Translations under genes and position numbers: made by a program | The notes under the pieces: generated by a model | Told to the model about the DNA's origin: nothing | Seen by the model: the letters and a program-made list of their open reading frames with translations, nothing else | Database searches by the model: none | Shown: in pieces, positions 39,520-52,222 of the stretch | Numbering within the stretch: the stretch's first letter is position 1 | Layout of the letters: each line of letters opens with the position of its first letter | DNA from: Octopus vulgaris | Taxonomy: Eukaryota | NCBI GenBank assembly: GCA_951406725.2 | Contig: OX597823.1 | Location: 39,556,001-39,620,000, forward strand | DNA length: 64,000 nt | Direction: 5' to 3'

Positions 39520-40563
39520 TTGGGTTGGCAACTAAGTCCCCGCCGTTTTTTTTTTTAATTTGGAATTAATTGCGTTTTTAAACTTTGGAATTTATTTTTT
39601 TCGAGAATTCTATTTTTGAATCATTTTGGAATCTATTTTGCTTTTTTTCTCTAGTTAATTTTAGTTAATTTTTGTTTATTAAAATGGAATGTCAAGTTAA
39701 AAAAATCGAGCATTTTCGACACCTTCTTTTTGCTTTTAATCAAGATTCTAAGGCCGCAAAAGCTGCTCACGACATTTGTGATGTGTATGGAGAGGGTGCA
39801 ATAGCTGAAAGAACCGCTCGTGATTGGTATGCCAAGTTCAAAACTGGAAATTTTGCCCTCGAAGACGCACCTCATTCTGGCTGTCCAGTTGAGTTCGATA
39901 AAGAGCGATTAAACCAGCTTTTGCACGAAAATTCTTGTCAAACGACGAAGAAACTGGCAGAGAAAATGGAATGCTCCCACACTGCTATAGAGAAGTATCT
40001 TCACTTGATGGGAAAGGTTCAGAAGTATGGAACATGGGTTCCGCATACTTTAAGTGACAACAACAAAAATCAACAAGCCACAATCTCCGCTGGTTTGCTT
40101 GCTCGTCAACGGTCAACGCGGAACTCTATGTTCAATAGATGGAACGACTCAACACGGCTATTCCAGAGAAAAGACCTCATAGGCAGCATGGAGTTCTTCT
40201 GCTACACGACAACGCCCGCCATCATATCACCAATATGACCAAGGAAGCCATTCAAACGCATGGCTGGGAAGTGCTGCCACACCCACCGTACTCTCCTGAT
40301 TTGGCACCAACTGATTTCCACCTCTTTCTATCTCTTTCAAATGCTATGCGCGGAGTTTTCGTTCAATACTAATGCAGAATTGAGAGCTTGGTTGGATCAA
40401 TTTTTCGAGTCGAAATCAGATGATTTCTATCAACAAGGTATTGAAAATCTTACTGAACGTTGGGAAGAAGTTGTAAACAACAAGGATGAATACATTATTG
40501 ATTAATTAGTTGTTAGTTTTTATTAAATCTTTTAAAAAATTTAAATAAAAAAAAAAAACGGCA
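39520..40563 (+). mobile_element. Mariner transposon with an internal deletion; transposase pseudogene at 39684-40505
   Basis: TA-ttgggttggcaactaagt TIR; MECQVKKIEHFRHLL, WVPHTL, LLHDNARHH, HPPYSPDLAPTDFHLF. The first catalytic Asp region is missing. Confidence 0.92.
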
Positions 40564-42009
40564 GCTACTGTACAGTACTTCTCAATACCAACACTATCGA
40601 AATATTTAACCTTTTCCCCTGATAACACCTATATTGCCCATCGTTACCATTATGACTACCATTACCGTCGTCGACATTGTAGACACGTATCTATTGCCTC
40701 CCTCCCGCCACCGCAGAATAAAGAAAACCAAAAGCGAAAAACAACAAAGAATGTGTGAATATCATATCCTTTCTTTCTTCACCTCCACTACCACTACCCG
40801 TTACCCTGTCATGCCACCCTATATTATGGCTCTATTTTATTCAATTCTCTCGTCAATTCATGCATGACTGAGCCAAAATGGATCCGAAAAACTCGTTTTA
40901 GTTGGTCTTTTCAATGTATTAGCGAGACAGACAATGTTGGCAAACTGTGAAAGGATAACATTACCGTGATCGTCTGTTTCAATGAAATAAAGTGAACAGA
41001 AAACAAAACCAAATAAAACAACAAAAAAAAAACGGCAAGCGAGAAGGGGGAGAAGAGGTAGGAGGAGGAGGGCAAACATGGGAGACATGATGGGCAAACA
41101 ATTAGACAAAAGGAGAAATTAAAGAAAGACGTAATGGGCGGAGAAAAATAGTCAGGGAAAGAAGAAAAAGAAATAAAATGAAAGGTAAAACGAAAGCGTA
41201 ACAAACGTTGAAAAATTTGATGGAAGATTGACAGTAACGACTGAATATGAAGAAAAGGAAATAAATAAGGAAATGAATAAAGGTGAGGAAGAGGTATAAT
41301 ATTGCGCGGATACAATAAGTTACAAAAAAATGTATTTCTGAATCGTAAAGAACTAAATCGAATTTCAAGGCGGCGACAGTTTGTTTTTAATGTGGAAATA
41401 TAATGAATGGAATGATAAAAACTTTCTTTGATTTTTCGGTTTTATGCATTCAATCAAGATTATACATTCCTAGAATTTTATATTTATCGGTGTCAAAATG
41501 ATACATGGATTTCCTTTTTTAATATTTTTTATTCATTTTGTTTTTTAGTTTAACGTTTCTAAGATGAATTGGAATACTGTGGTAATAGACAGACCTAAGA
41601 AATGGTAATGAAATAATTATGAATTACTCGGTTACATATAGGTGTATGTATGTGTGCACGCGTGCACCCCTACAGACACACATACACGTGAAATTAAATA
41701 AATGACAAGGTGTCAAGAAATGTCATGAACGTCATTAGCTAACAGTTGTTTCTGCTACAGGGTGCGATGTGCTCATATCCTGAGCTAGTCCCGGCAGAAC
41801 ATTGTTCTTTCAGACATGTGTGACGGGCTGTAAGTGACATCACAGGATCGTAGGGCGCATGTGATTTCGTGTAGTTTCAGTTTTTCAAGCCTATAGATAA
41901 ACGACTTCTAATTTGGGCAGGAGGCCAGAAATTTGAGGAGAATGTGATTGCCGTATCGTCAATCTAAACACTTGACTATTACGTATGTGCGTGTGTGCGT
42001 GTTCACATT

Positions 42010-42197
42010 TGTGTTTGTATTTGTCTCTCACCATTTGATAACCGGTGTTAGTTTCTCTTATGCCCCCGTGACTTAGCAGTTTGGCAAAAGAGACACAATA
42101 AGTCCCAGTACTGGGATCAATCTGTTCAGCAAAAATCCTTCAAGGCAGTGCTCCAGCCTGGCCACTCTGCAATAACTGGAACAAATAAAAGGGAAAA
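42010..42197 (+). mobile_element. SINE family C, 3' half, degenerate
   Basis: ccccgtgacttagcagtttggcaaaagagac..aaggcagtgctccagcctggcc. Confidence 0.7.
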
Positions 42198-42920
42198 GGG
42201 TAAAAAAAGTTCAAATTTTCTAATTCGTACCGTTTGCCCTAACAATAAATTTGCTTAAATAGCTCATTGCTATTCTATATTAAACGCAACATTAAATTTA
42301 TAAAATAAAAACTTTTATTTATTATAGCAAAATGCTGCACAGAAAAACGACGAAGGAACATACAGAAAACAGGAAAAAAATAGACAAAGGATGTTGACAC
42401 GCTCACCTCTCATCAGTTATCAACCAATATTCGTCACAATTCACCACCTTTTCGAGAACTTTGCTCAATTTTGTGACGTCAACAGCGAAAAGTTTTTCAG
42501 GCATCAGTGAGCGAACATGAAAGAAAGAATAAGCCAAGTGCAAAAATGACGGGGGTCTTTAGACTGAACGGCAAATAGGACGAGTTAGAAGGAGAACGAG
42601 AAAATATATAAAATAAAAAAAGTAATGACAGCGATGAAAAATTATATATTATAATTAACGACTATGAGGTCTGGCCAAGGTGATGACCCGAAAGTAAGCA
42701 CGGAATATTTAATCTGTTATTTCACAGTCGCACACTCACCACCTCTATGTGTTGTCTGTGAGACAATAGAAAGGTCGAGGAGACACCATTGTCGCGTTGT
42801 GTCTTTAGGGCATCAGTTGATCTTAATCCGACCCTGATTATCTATACTTAATGTTTGAATGCTTATATTTAATGTATGTGTGTGTTTGTATGTGTGTATG
42901 TGTCTCTGTGCGTGTGTGTA

Positions 42921-43121
42921 CGAGGTGGTATCAAAAAGTTCCCGGACTAGTTATCCATAATAAAGAACAACGTATTTACCTAAATTTTAACATTTTCTTT
43001 GAAGCAGTCACCTTGCGCAGCACTACACCAGTCCCAGCATTCCTGCCACTTTTGGAATCCGGTTGGGAAGTCGTTTTCCGTAAGCGAGTTTTGAAGACCT
43101 TCTGCGATTCACTCTTGATCT
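42921..43121 (-). mobile_element. Mariner 3' end relic
   Basis: TA-cgaggtggtatcaaaaagttcccggact TIR-like end; minus strand reads FQKWQECWDWCSAAQGDCFKE. Confidence 0.7.
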
Positions 43122-43139
43122 CAACAAATATATATCTTT

Positions 43140-43557
43140 CTATTCACTTGTTTCAACCATTAGATTGCGGCCATGCTGGGGTACCACCTTGAAGAATTTT
43201 AGGAAAACGAATCGTCCGGCGGTATTTATTTTTTTAAAAGTCAAGTACTTATGAATATCTTTTGCCGAACCGCTAAGTTACGGGGACGTAAACACACCAG
43301 CATTGGTTGTCCAGCAGTGTTGGGGGACAAGCACAGATACACACACGCACGCAACCCCTACACACACACTCACACACACACAGATACACTTACACAAACA
43401 CGCGCGCACACATATACTACTGGTTTCTTTCAGTTTCCGTCTATAAAATCCACCTGAAAAAGCTTTGGTTGATGCGAGGCTATAGTAGAAGATACTTGCT
43501 TAAGGTGGGACTGGATCCATAACTAAGTGGTTGAGAAGCAAACTTCTTGCCACACGG
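43140..43557 (-). mobile_element. SINE family C, full length
   Basis: gccgaaccgctaagttacggggacgtaaacacacc..ttcagtttccgtct..gctatagtagaag. Confidence 0.85.
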
Positions 43558-44145
43558 CTGGGCCATTCGTGTAAAGTCATAATCAAGACGTTCATGTGCA
43601 TTTGAACTTGAGAAGATCGCTGCTGAGCTAGTCCCGGCAGAACATTGTTCTTTCAGACATGTGTGACGGGCTGTAAGTGACATCACAGGATCGTAGGGCG
43701 CATGTGATTTCGTGTAGTTTCAGTTTTTCAAGCCTATAGATAAACGGCTTCTAATTTGGGCAGGAGGCCAGTCATTTTGAGGAGAATGTGATTGCCGTAT
43801 CGTCAATCTAAACACTTGACTATTACGTTATTTTACCGTCCTCAAAGTATGAATCAGGTCCCAGACCCAACTCTGACCACAAATTTCTGGATTCATTCCT
43901 GCATTACGATACTCCAGTTCAACTATTCACTGTTCGGTCCAGCAGTGATTTTTATCTTAATGCGTTTCGTTAGGAAGGTTCTCGGCCAATAGCGCCTCAG
44001 TTCATGCAAGTGGACAGGGCTACAACTGGTGCAGTATTTTAAGATTTTTTTTTGTCCCAGACAAAGGAATAACTAAACTCCACGAAAGGAAAATTATTGT
44101 GAGAAATACGGAATAACAGTTAAACTTTGAAAAAATACTTCATCA

Positions 44146-44435
44146 ACATGACATCTGAAATAGAACAAAATAAAAATAAAATAAAGATTACAGTAAAATC
44201 TTCACAATAAAAAACATTTCAATCATAAAATCTTTAAAATATTTTGCTTATTGCGACCATTTATAGAAGTACCACTCAGATATGACATTCCAAATAGAAC
44301 GAAATAAAAACAGAACAGAGATTAAAATCTGCACAGCTGAAATATTTCAAATAAGAAAATATATTTTAATCTTCAGATCTTGAAACTATTTACATTATAA
44401 CCATTTGTAAAAATTTCACACGGACATGACAAAAC
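44146..44435. repeat. Degenerate tandem repeat of about 140 bp (about 2 copies)
   Basis: atgacat..aaatagaac.aaataaaaa recurs at about 44148 and 44282, and atgaca again at about 44426. Confidence 0.55.
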
Positions 44436-44509
44436 AAACGTTGCAATTAAATTACAATGGGAAAACATTAAAAAGTATGCAAATATTAAACATACAAGTA
44501 TAAGGAAAA

Positions 44510-46419
44510 TGTTTAACTCTTCAAATCCTGAAAACTGACTGCAGTCATCCATAGCCCCAGAACCAGAAAAATCATCAGGGTCATCAATACTGTTCGAAGT
44601 GTCACAATCTTCAAACAGAACGTCATCTTCTGTGCCATCTATTGCATTACTGATGCCACATTTTTAAAAAGGTTTTACTACTACTTCAGTTTTCACAGCG
44701 TTCCATGATCTCAAGACCCACTCGCACACTCGCACACCTGAGCAATTATTAGCCTTTTCAAACGACCTGTTGGTGTTAGGTCATGGTCCTTGGCTCTCAT
44801 CCCCTGATTCCACTCGTCTTTCATAACTGCCTTAAAAAGCTTGTTGATTGATACGTCCAGTGGTTGTAATTGGCTTGTTAAACCACCAAGGATCACTGCC
44901 ACTTTCGTTTTCATTTTCTGCACCCTTTCTTTAATAACCATTGTTTTGTGGGCACGAAACTGGTCCCACACAAGAAGGGATGGTTTTTTTAAGGAGGCCA
45001 CCAGAACGCCTTGTAGAGATCTTATCTAGCCATAGCTTCATTCCTTCCTCATCTATCCACTCCTTTAGGTGGAGGTGAACAAAAGTTCCACGTGGAATTT
45101 TCTCTTTTGGTAAAGTTTTTCTTTTGAAAATAAGCAACGGTGGCAGTTTTGTTCCATCAGTGCAACACGATAGTACTGCAGTATAATGGGTTTTCTCATG
45201 TCCAGATGTCTTTACACTTACGGTTTTGGACACTTTAACATCCACTGTTCTAGTTGATACCACATCACACGTTAGTGACACCCCATCCATGTTTCCGATC
45301 TGATCCAGTTCGTAGTCAGTCTCTTTTCTTGCACTGATTATGAACCTGTGAAATTAGATTATTTTGTTATCATAATCTTCAGGCATATTTTGTGCCATTC
45401 TTGGTTCTATTCTCCTTGCTAGTCCGTGCCTCTTCATAAATCTGTAACACCAGCTTGATGTGCCACGAAAATCATCCAGACCTCGTGCTGCTGCCCTCAG
45501 TTTTGATTCATTAATAATAATTTTTATTGATACTGCAAGGCCCGAATTTCCCTCTGCAACTATCCACTCCTTCATCTCTTGCTCCAGTTCTGACCACCTA
45601 GCTGCAGGTTACGTTTAAGTCTTGATGTAGACTTCAACAAATCCTCAACAGTAGCGGATCATTTTTGAAGTTGGCGGTGCTCCAAATGCCACCCTGCAGC
45701 TCTGTTGCCATATTTATTCACTTGTAGCTTGTAACCGATTGTGTAAGAGTATCTTCTGCTTGAGATTACCATAATAAGGTTTGTGCTAAAAATTTTAAAG
45801 CTTCTGAAGTTACGGATCACTCCTAACGTCAGCAGGCCCAGGTTTGAACTGGTTTAAGTCCATGGCTTTCAGAGATCAAGGAGGAAGCTATGTTGCTGTC
45901 TGAACACAACGCATTTCATCACAGAGAGTAAGTGATGACTGAACGCAACATGTTTCATGTCAGAAAGTGAATAAGTGATTACGATAGTATTGTTATTAAT
46001 ATTTGCTTATAAATCCTTTTAACATACCACAGTTTTACTTCTTTCCTCATTTAATAATGTTCCCTTAAAGTCAGGTTGTTTGAAGAGAGTAAAAAAATAC
46101 CAGCAATATAGACACACAGGTAAAAATATCACCCGTCAGTTGCCTCGTCTAACATACACTGCCTATATGGGAATGAATTCTTGTGATTTCAAAATTTTTT
46201 ATGATATTATACTTTGGTTTATTTACTACTTTAACAAAGTATAACTTATACACTTCACTGAGCGGTCATATATAGGGGTTCAGATTTCTGTCTAGCATAG
46301 ATAATTTTTCTCTGGGGATATGCCTGTGAAAACTGAAACCTTCGGCCTCCAGGACGTATGGTAGATTTTCGAGATTAATTTTAGGAAAAAAGGAGCATCT
46401 TCAACGCTAGGAAATACGG
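44510..46419 (-). mobile_element. pogo-superfamily transposon relic (POGK-like transposase, CENP-B HTH plus DDE_1); pseudogene at about 44510-45772
   Basis: WCYRFMKRHGL, IGNMD, KTSGHEKTHYTAVLSCCTDGTKLPPLLIFKRK, LLVWDQFRAH, GGLTSQLQPLDVSINK, KCGISNAIDGTEDD. Frameshifted. TIR-like ccgtatttcc at 46410-46419 on the minus strand. Confidence 0.9.
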
Positions 46420-46464
46420 TTTATATTTGTATGCATGTCTTTGAGCATGTGAGTATATGTACGC

Positions 46465-46469
<5 letters not shown>

Positions 46470-46497
<28 letters not shown>

Positions 46498-46820
46498 TGT
46501 ATGTATGTATGTATGTATGTATGTATGTATGTATGTATGCATGCATGCATGCATGTATGTATGTATATATGTATGTATGTATGTTTGTATGTATGTATGT
46601 ATGTATGTATGCATGTATGTATGCATGTATGTATGTATGTATGCATGCATGTATGTATGTATGTATGTATGCATGCATGCATGTATGTATGTATGTATGT
46701 ATGTATGTATGTATGTATGTATGCATGTATGTATGCATGTATGTATGTATGTATGTACGCATGCATGCATGTATGTATGTATGTATGTATGTATGTATGT
46801 ATGTATGTATGTATGTATGT
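46470..46820. repeat. (ATGT)n microsatellite
   Basis: Directly visible. Confidence 0.95.
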
Positions 46821-46849
46821 GTGTACGTATGTACGTATGTGTGTGTGTG

Positions 46850-46995
46850 TGGAGGTGCGTGGCTTTGTGTGTTGCACCTATGATCGTAAGGGTGTGGTTT
46901 TGATTCCTGCATCGGGCAATTTGTTGTGTTCTTGGCCAAAGCACTTCATTTCACGTTGCTCCGCTCCACTCAGCTGGCAAGAATAGGCAATCCTA
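46850..46995 (+). mobile_element. SINE family D
   Basis: ggaggtgcgtggct..gcacttcatttcacgttgctcc..ccactcagctggc. Confidence 0.75.
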
Positions 46996-47211
46996 CTTTT
47001 TGTCCCTGGGGTGGGGGATGGATACATATGTCTGTTGCTCGGGAAGGACATTAAATCCCTTTCTTCCATTTTTTTATTCATACATAATGCTAGAAATAAC
47101 ACCCCAACCTCCTTCAAATCACTCCTTAGTGTTTATAAAAAGGATAAGTTTGTTCGATCAAGTTGACCTTGGACTAAACAACATCTGAACATAAATATAT
47201 ACAGGTAGAGC

Positions 47212-48420
47212 TCTTCCTCCTCCTCTTCTTCTTCCTCTTCCTTCTTCTTCTCTACTTTCTCCTTCTCCTTCTCCTTCTCCTCCTCCTCCCCCTCCCCTCC
47301 TCCCCTTCCTCATCCTCACCCCCTCTTCCCCTCTTTCTCCTCCTCCTCATACTTCTCCTCCTCCTTCTCTTCTTCCTCCTCCTCCTCCTTCTCATCTTCC
47401 TCTTCCTCCTCCTTCTCTTCTTTCTCTTCCTTCTCCTCTTCCTCTTCCTTCTCATCTTTCTCCTCTTCCTTCTCATCTTCCTCCTCCTCCTTCTCATCTT
47501 CATCTTCCTCCTCCTTCTCCTCTTCCTCTTCCTTCTCATCTTCCTCCTCCTTCTCATCCTCCTCCTCCTCCTTCTCATCTTCATCTTCCCCTTCCTTCTC
47601 ATCTTCCTCCTCCTCCTTCTCATCTTCATCTTCCTCTTCCTTCTCCTCTTCCTCCTCCTTCTCCTCTTCCTCTTCCTTCTCATCTTCCTCCTCCTTCTCA
47701 TCCTCCTCCTCCTCCTTCTCATCTTCATCTTCCTCCTCCTTCTCATCCTCCTCCTCCTCCTCCTCCTCTTCCCTTCTTATCTCCTCCTCCTCCTTCTCAT
47801 CTTCCTCCTCCTCCTTCTCATCTCCCTCCTCCTCCTCCTCCTCCTCCTCTTCCCTTCTTATCTTCCTCCTCTTCCTTCTCATCTTCCTCCTCTTCCTTCT
47901 CATCTTCCTCCTCCTCTTCCTTCTCATCTTCCTCCTCCTCCTTCTGATCTCCTCTTCCTCTTCCTTCTCCTCCTCCTCCTCCTATTCCTTCTGATCTTCC
48001 TCCTCCTGCTCTTCCTCCTCCTCCTCCTCCTGCTCTTCCTCCTCCTTCTTCTCTTCCTCTTCCTTCTCGTCTTCCTCCCATCCTCCTCCTCTTCCTATTC
48101 CTTCTGATCTTCCTCCTCCTGCTCTTCCTCCTCCTCCTCCTCCCTCTTCTCCTCCTCCTCCTCCTCCTTCTTCTCTTCCCCTTCCTTCTCATCTTCCTCC
48201 TGCTTTCCTCCTCCACCTGCTCTTCCTCCTCCTTCTTCTCTTCCCCTTCCTCCTCCTTCTCCAGTTCCTCTTCCTTCTCATTTTCCTCCTCCTCCTTCTC
48301 CTCTTCCTCCTCCTTCTTCTCTTCCCCTTCCTCCTCATTCTCCTCTTCCTCCTCCTCCTCCTTCCCTCGCCTCCTCCCGTCGCCTCTTTCCTTCGTTTCA
48401 TCTTTCTCCTCTCCTCGCCT
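47212..48420. repeat. About 1.2-kb polypyrimidine (CCT/CTT) tract with a recurring ccttctcatcttcct unit
   Basis: Directly visible; followed by (CAT)n(CAC)n. Confidence 0.95.
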
Positions 48421-48433
48421 CCATCCTTCTGCC

Positions 48434-48464
<31 letters not shown>

Positions 48465-48659
48465 TACCACCACCACCACCACCACCACCACCACCACCAC
48501 CACCACCACCACCACCACCTCCATCACCACCACCACCAACACCACCACCACCACCAACATCAACACCACCATAATCATCGTTATCACTGCCATCTTCATC
48601 ATCATTGCCATAATCACCAAACGAAGAAACACCTATAACTGACAAAAAAGACATCAACA

Positions 48660-48855
48660 GAGGGCATCCATCTGTGCCGCTCGATCTGCTAGAAAAAGAA
48701 GTCGAGACTCCCTTAAATTACATTCCACCGTCTTATAGAGGGAGACCACAATAGGCAGTGTAGCTAGATATACAAACAGACGGAGTAGTCATGACTGGAA
48801 ACCCCTTCATCAGTGATCAGCTTGTTCAGGAATGACCTGGGGCTCAACAACTACA
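48660..48855 (+). mobile_element. Old interspersed-repeat tail (unclassified)
   Basis: gctcgatctgctagaaa...gacctggggctcaacaac; similar decayed segments at about 47090-47185, 52290-52430 and 53215-53380. Confidence 0.45.
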
Positions 48856-49490
48856 ACAATACGATAATAAATGCATAAAAGGGGTGCCCTCCCCATGATA
48901 GTGTACCTTTGTACACAATACAATTGAACAATCGAAAATGTAGGTTAAACAAACAATACAGAACGGAAGTATAATTGTCCCACTTAGACCAAATGCCTTA
49001 TTGTTATTCACAGAAATCAAAGAATAGGAAGCAGTGACAGAGAGATAGAAAGAGAGAGAGAGAGGGGGAAGGGAGAGAAAGGGAGAAAGAGAATGAATGA
49101 AAGAGAGAACATGTGGTGGACGTATATAAAATAAAATTGAGCTAAGGGAAATAACTCAAATATATCAATGACATAGATTGAGGCAAATCATTTATGAGTA
49201 GCAACAAAAAAAAAAATATGAGATCTTTGTCTTTGGTTGGGACAAAGACAGCAAAATTCATTAAGTGTTCATAGAGAAAATGGTGAAAACATTTCAGTTA
49301 GCCAAGAATTTATAGACGCAAGCGAGGTTATAGGCGTAGGCGTGACTGTGTCGTAAAAAGTTTGTTTCCCAACCACATAGTTCCGGGTTCAGTCCCACTG
49401 CGTGGCACCTTGGGTAAGTGTCTTCTGCTATAACTTCGAACTGACCAAAACCCTGTGAATGTATTTGGTAGAAACTGAAAGAAGCCCGTC

Positions 49491-49524
<34 letters not shown>

Positions 49525-49526
<2 letters not shown>

Positions 49527-49775
49527 AAATGGATAAATGAATTATCTTGTTACGGATTATTCAAAATTTAACCGATATCTGGGTAGCAAAAATCACAACA
49601 GAATTGCTTGCTGCGTATTTGTTTGGAGATTTAAATTCCTGGATTTTCCTGAAGAGAAAGCTGCAAAATGGTCTCCTTATTCTATCCGAATTTGGAAATT
49701 TGCGGCCTTTGAAACATGTGTAGAAAATAATAAAAGGAATTCTGTAGAATCTTCGTTCAGCTCCATTTCTTCCCT

Positions 49776-49780
<5 letters not shown>
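49525..49780 (+). mobile_element. Short (TA)n-flanked element carrying a hammerhead ribozyme
   Basis: Non-SINE insert between two (TA)n runs inside SINE C. Confidence 0.7.
49643..49728 (+). ncRNA. Type I hammerhead ribozyme motif with long stem II
   Basis: attttc CTGAAGA gaaagctgcaaa...tttgcggccttt GAA ACATGTGT A gaaaat. Perfect 6-bp stem I, extended by attcct/aggaat; GUA site ending at 49722. Confidence 0.8.
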
Positions 49781-49839
<59 letters not shown>

Positions 49840-49855
49840 AGTATATAAGAGTAAA

Positions 49856-49904
<49 letters not shown>

Positions 49905-50662
49905 AACGTGTATATGTCTTGTCCCTCACCGCTGCCTGACAACCGGTGTTGGTGTGTTTATGTCCCTGTAACTTAGCAGTTCAACAAAAGTGACTGAGAG
50001 AATAAGTACCAGGCTTTGCAAAAAATAATAAGTTGATTCGATTAAAATTCTTCAAGGTCGGTGCCCCAGCATGGCCGCTGTCTAATTACTGAAACAGGAA
50101 AAAGATTATCATGTTTAATTTGATACATATTTGCTGAGATGGTGACAACAAAAGATATGTTTTGGCATCTCTGAATCTCGTAACGGAAGCATAGACAACG
50201 TAAACTCCCCTACTTAATAAAGACAAGCTTTCTTGCATATAGAAAATGGGCTGTGAATAAGTTTTCGCGAGAGATTAATTCTATATCGAATAAATGAACC
50301 CATCAAATACATATGAAACATGTGTGTGAATTATTCTGTGTTGGCACTTCAACTTCTTGATGGTATATCAGGGGCATCGCTTTACATGTGGGGTTCCTTA
50401 GGTGTGCTTTTAAAGATGACTGTTAAGTTTATGCTTTCTTTCTTTGGCCTAATTCTGAATTTATAATAAACAAAACTTACAATGAATTGACATAATACAG
50501 ACCTGAATTAGTTCTGGAATGGAGATGGCAATGATGAGGTCGCGAATAGTGACGAAAGGACTTGGACAACAATTGATTGAACAATTAAGCAAACTATCGA
50601 TTAGTTAATTGGTTAAATGGTTAACTAATTAACAAATAAAAGATGAATAAGTTTTAAAAAGT

Positions 50663-50705
<43 letters not shown>

Positions 50706-50932
50706 ATAATATTGGCATAATGATCCTCTCGAGAGACAGCAAAATATGTTACTCATATTTCTTTAATCAACCAACCCAAGGACAAAAGAAATGTGTAGAC
50801 GATGGGAGTTGAATATCTACAAGAAATCTGTGATTAGTGAGTTTAGTTACATAGGACCAGCATTCCACCATTGTCCCAAATTGATCTCAATGAATATTTC
50901 AGCTTTCGCCCAGACATTATTTTTTTCTTTCT

Positions 50933-51120
50933 AAGGCGGCGAGCTGATGCTTAGCAGTATTTTGTCTGTCTTTAGGTTCTGAGTTCAAATTCCGTCGAGG
51001 TCAACTTTGCTTTCCATCTTTCTGGGGTCGATAAATTAAGTACCAGTTGCGTACTGGGGTCGGTCTAATCGACTGGTCCCCTCTCCTAAAATTTCGGGCC
51101 TTGTGCCTAGAGTACAAAAG
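50933..51120 (+). mobile_element. SINE family B, tail type 2
   Basis: aaggcggcgagctg..ttctgagttcaaattcc..aaatttcgggccttgtgcctag. Confidence 0.85.
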
Positions 51121-51362
51121 ATTATTTCTTCTTTCTCTATGTCCGTTATACAAAGTTCATTGCTTGTTTCCTCTCGCCGCCCCAGCTCTGTATATTTCTT
51201 CCTCCGCCACTATTCCTGCCCAACTATTTTCTTTATCTTATCTTCTTTCATTATTTTCTACATCATACCTTCTTTATTTTGTCCGTTCTTTTTGTAAGTA
51301 TGTATGTATGTATGTATGTATGTATGTATGTATGTATGTATGTATGTATGTATGTATGTATG

Positions 51363-51396
<34 letters not shown>

Positions 51397-51969
51397 TGTA
51401 TTATGTATATGCCTCTCTCTGTATATATATTCTCCCCCAGATCGTTTTAATAAATTCCTCAATAATAAATTTTTGTAAGTTCGTCTATTTTTATTCGATA
51501 AATAAAAGTGAGTGCCAACATTTTATTTCTTTGATGAGATAATTTCGAAATTAAGGCAACTTTCCAAAAATAAACATTTTCAACTCGTTTCGACATCAAT
51601 TTATTCCCTTTAATTTGGCAACAGTTAAATTTCTAGTCTTTTCTTTGGCTTTTTATTCCTCAATTCAAACTAGACCCCAAACAACAATCTTCTTCCAATC
51701 ATCAGCAGAAGATCGATGCGAGAAATGTTGCAAGCAGCAAACCTACCTATTGACAAAATGTAGACAGAATCTTTTTCCTTAGGATTATATTTAAGCATCT
51801 CACTGTCAAAGCCGTGCACTAGCCTGGTGATAGTTTACTGACTGAAATAAATAAAAGGGTAAAGGTAAAAAAAAAATTCAAACTTTTTAATTTGTTCCCA
51901 TTGTTTTAACAATAAATTTTCTTAAACACTGCTTTTTTTAATATTAAACACATAACATAGGTTTCAGAT

Positions 51970-52222
51970 TTTGGCACAAAGCCAGCAGTTTCTTGGGAGG
52001 AGTTACAGCTATTACATCGACTCCAGTGTTCAACTGGTACTGATTTCATCGACCCGTAAAGAATGAAAAGTAAAGTCAACCTCGGCAGAATTTGAACTCA
52101 GAGCATGAAGACGGACGAAGTGACGCTAAGCATGTTGGCCAGTGTACTAACAATTCTACCTGCTTTCCACCTTGCTAAGCATGTTGCACAGCGTACTAAC
52201 AATTCTACCTGCTCTCCGCCTT
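51970..52222 (-). mobile_element. SINE family B with a 48-bp internal tandem duplication
   Basis: gctaagcatgttg..gtactaacaattctacctgct occurs twice. Confidence 0.75.

Larger units (their letters stand above)
41780..43828 (+). repeat. About 205-bp near-identical direct repeat (41780-41984 / 43623-43828)
   Basis: ctgagctagtcccggcagaac...cttgactattacgt occurs twice with about four differences. Confidence 0.95.
49331..50104 (+). mobile_element. SINE family C whose central (TA)n hosts a 255-bp ribozyme element
   Basis: Head at 49331-49490, tail at 49915-50104. Confidence 0.85.

Noticed and set aside
41736-41787. Hammerhead-like arrangement on the minus strand (tagct..GAA ACAACTGT T agcta)
   Set aside because: The core position reads CAGGATA, three mismatches from the consensus, and stem II is unconvincing.
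41761-41835. Possible exon (acag|...|gtaagt)
   Set aside because: All three frames contain stops and no partner exons were found.
47252-48657. Long acidic or basic ORFs as host genes
   Set aside because: They are open only because purine-rich repeats lack stop codons; there is no splice or domain evidence.
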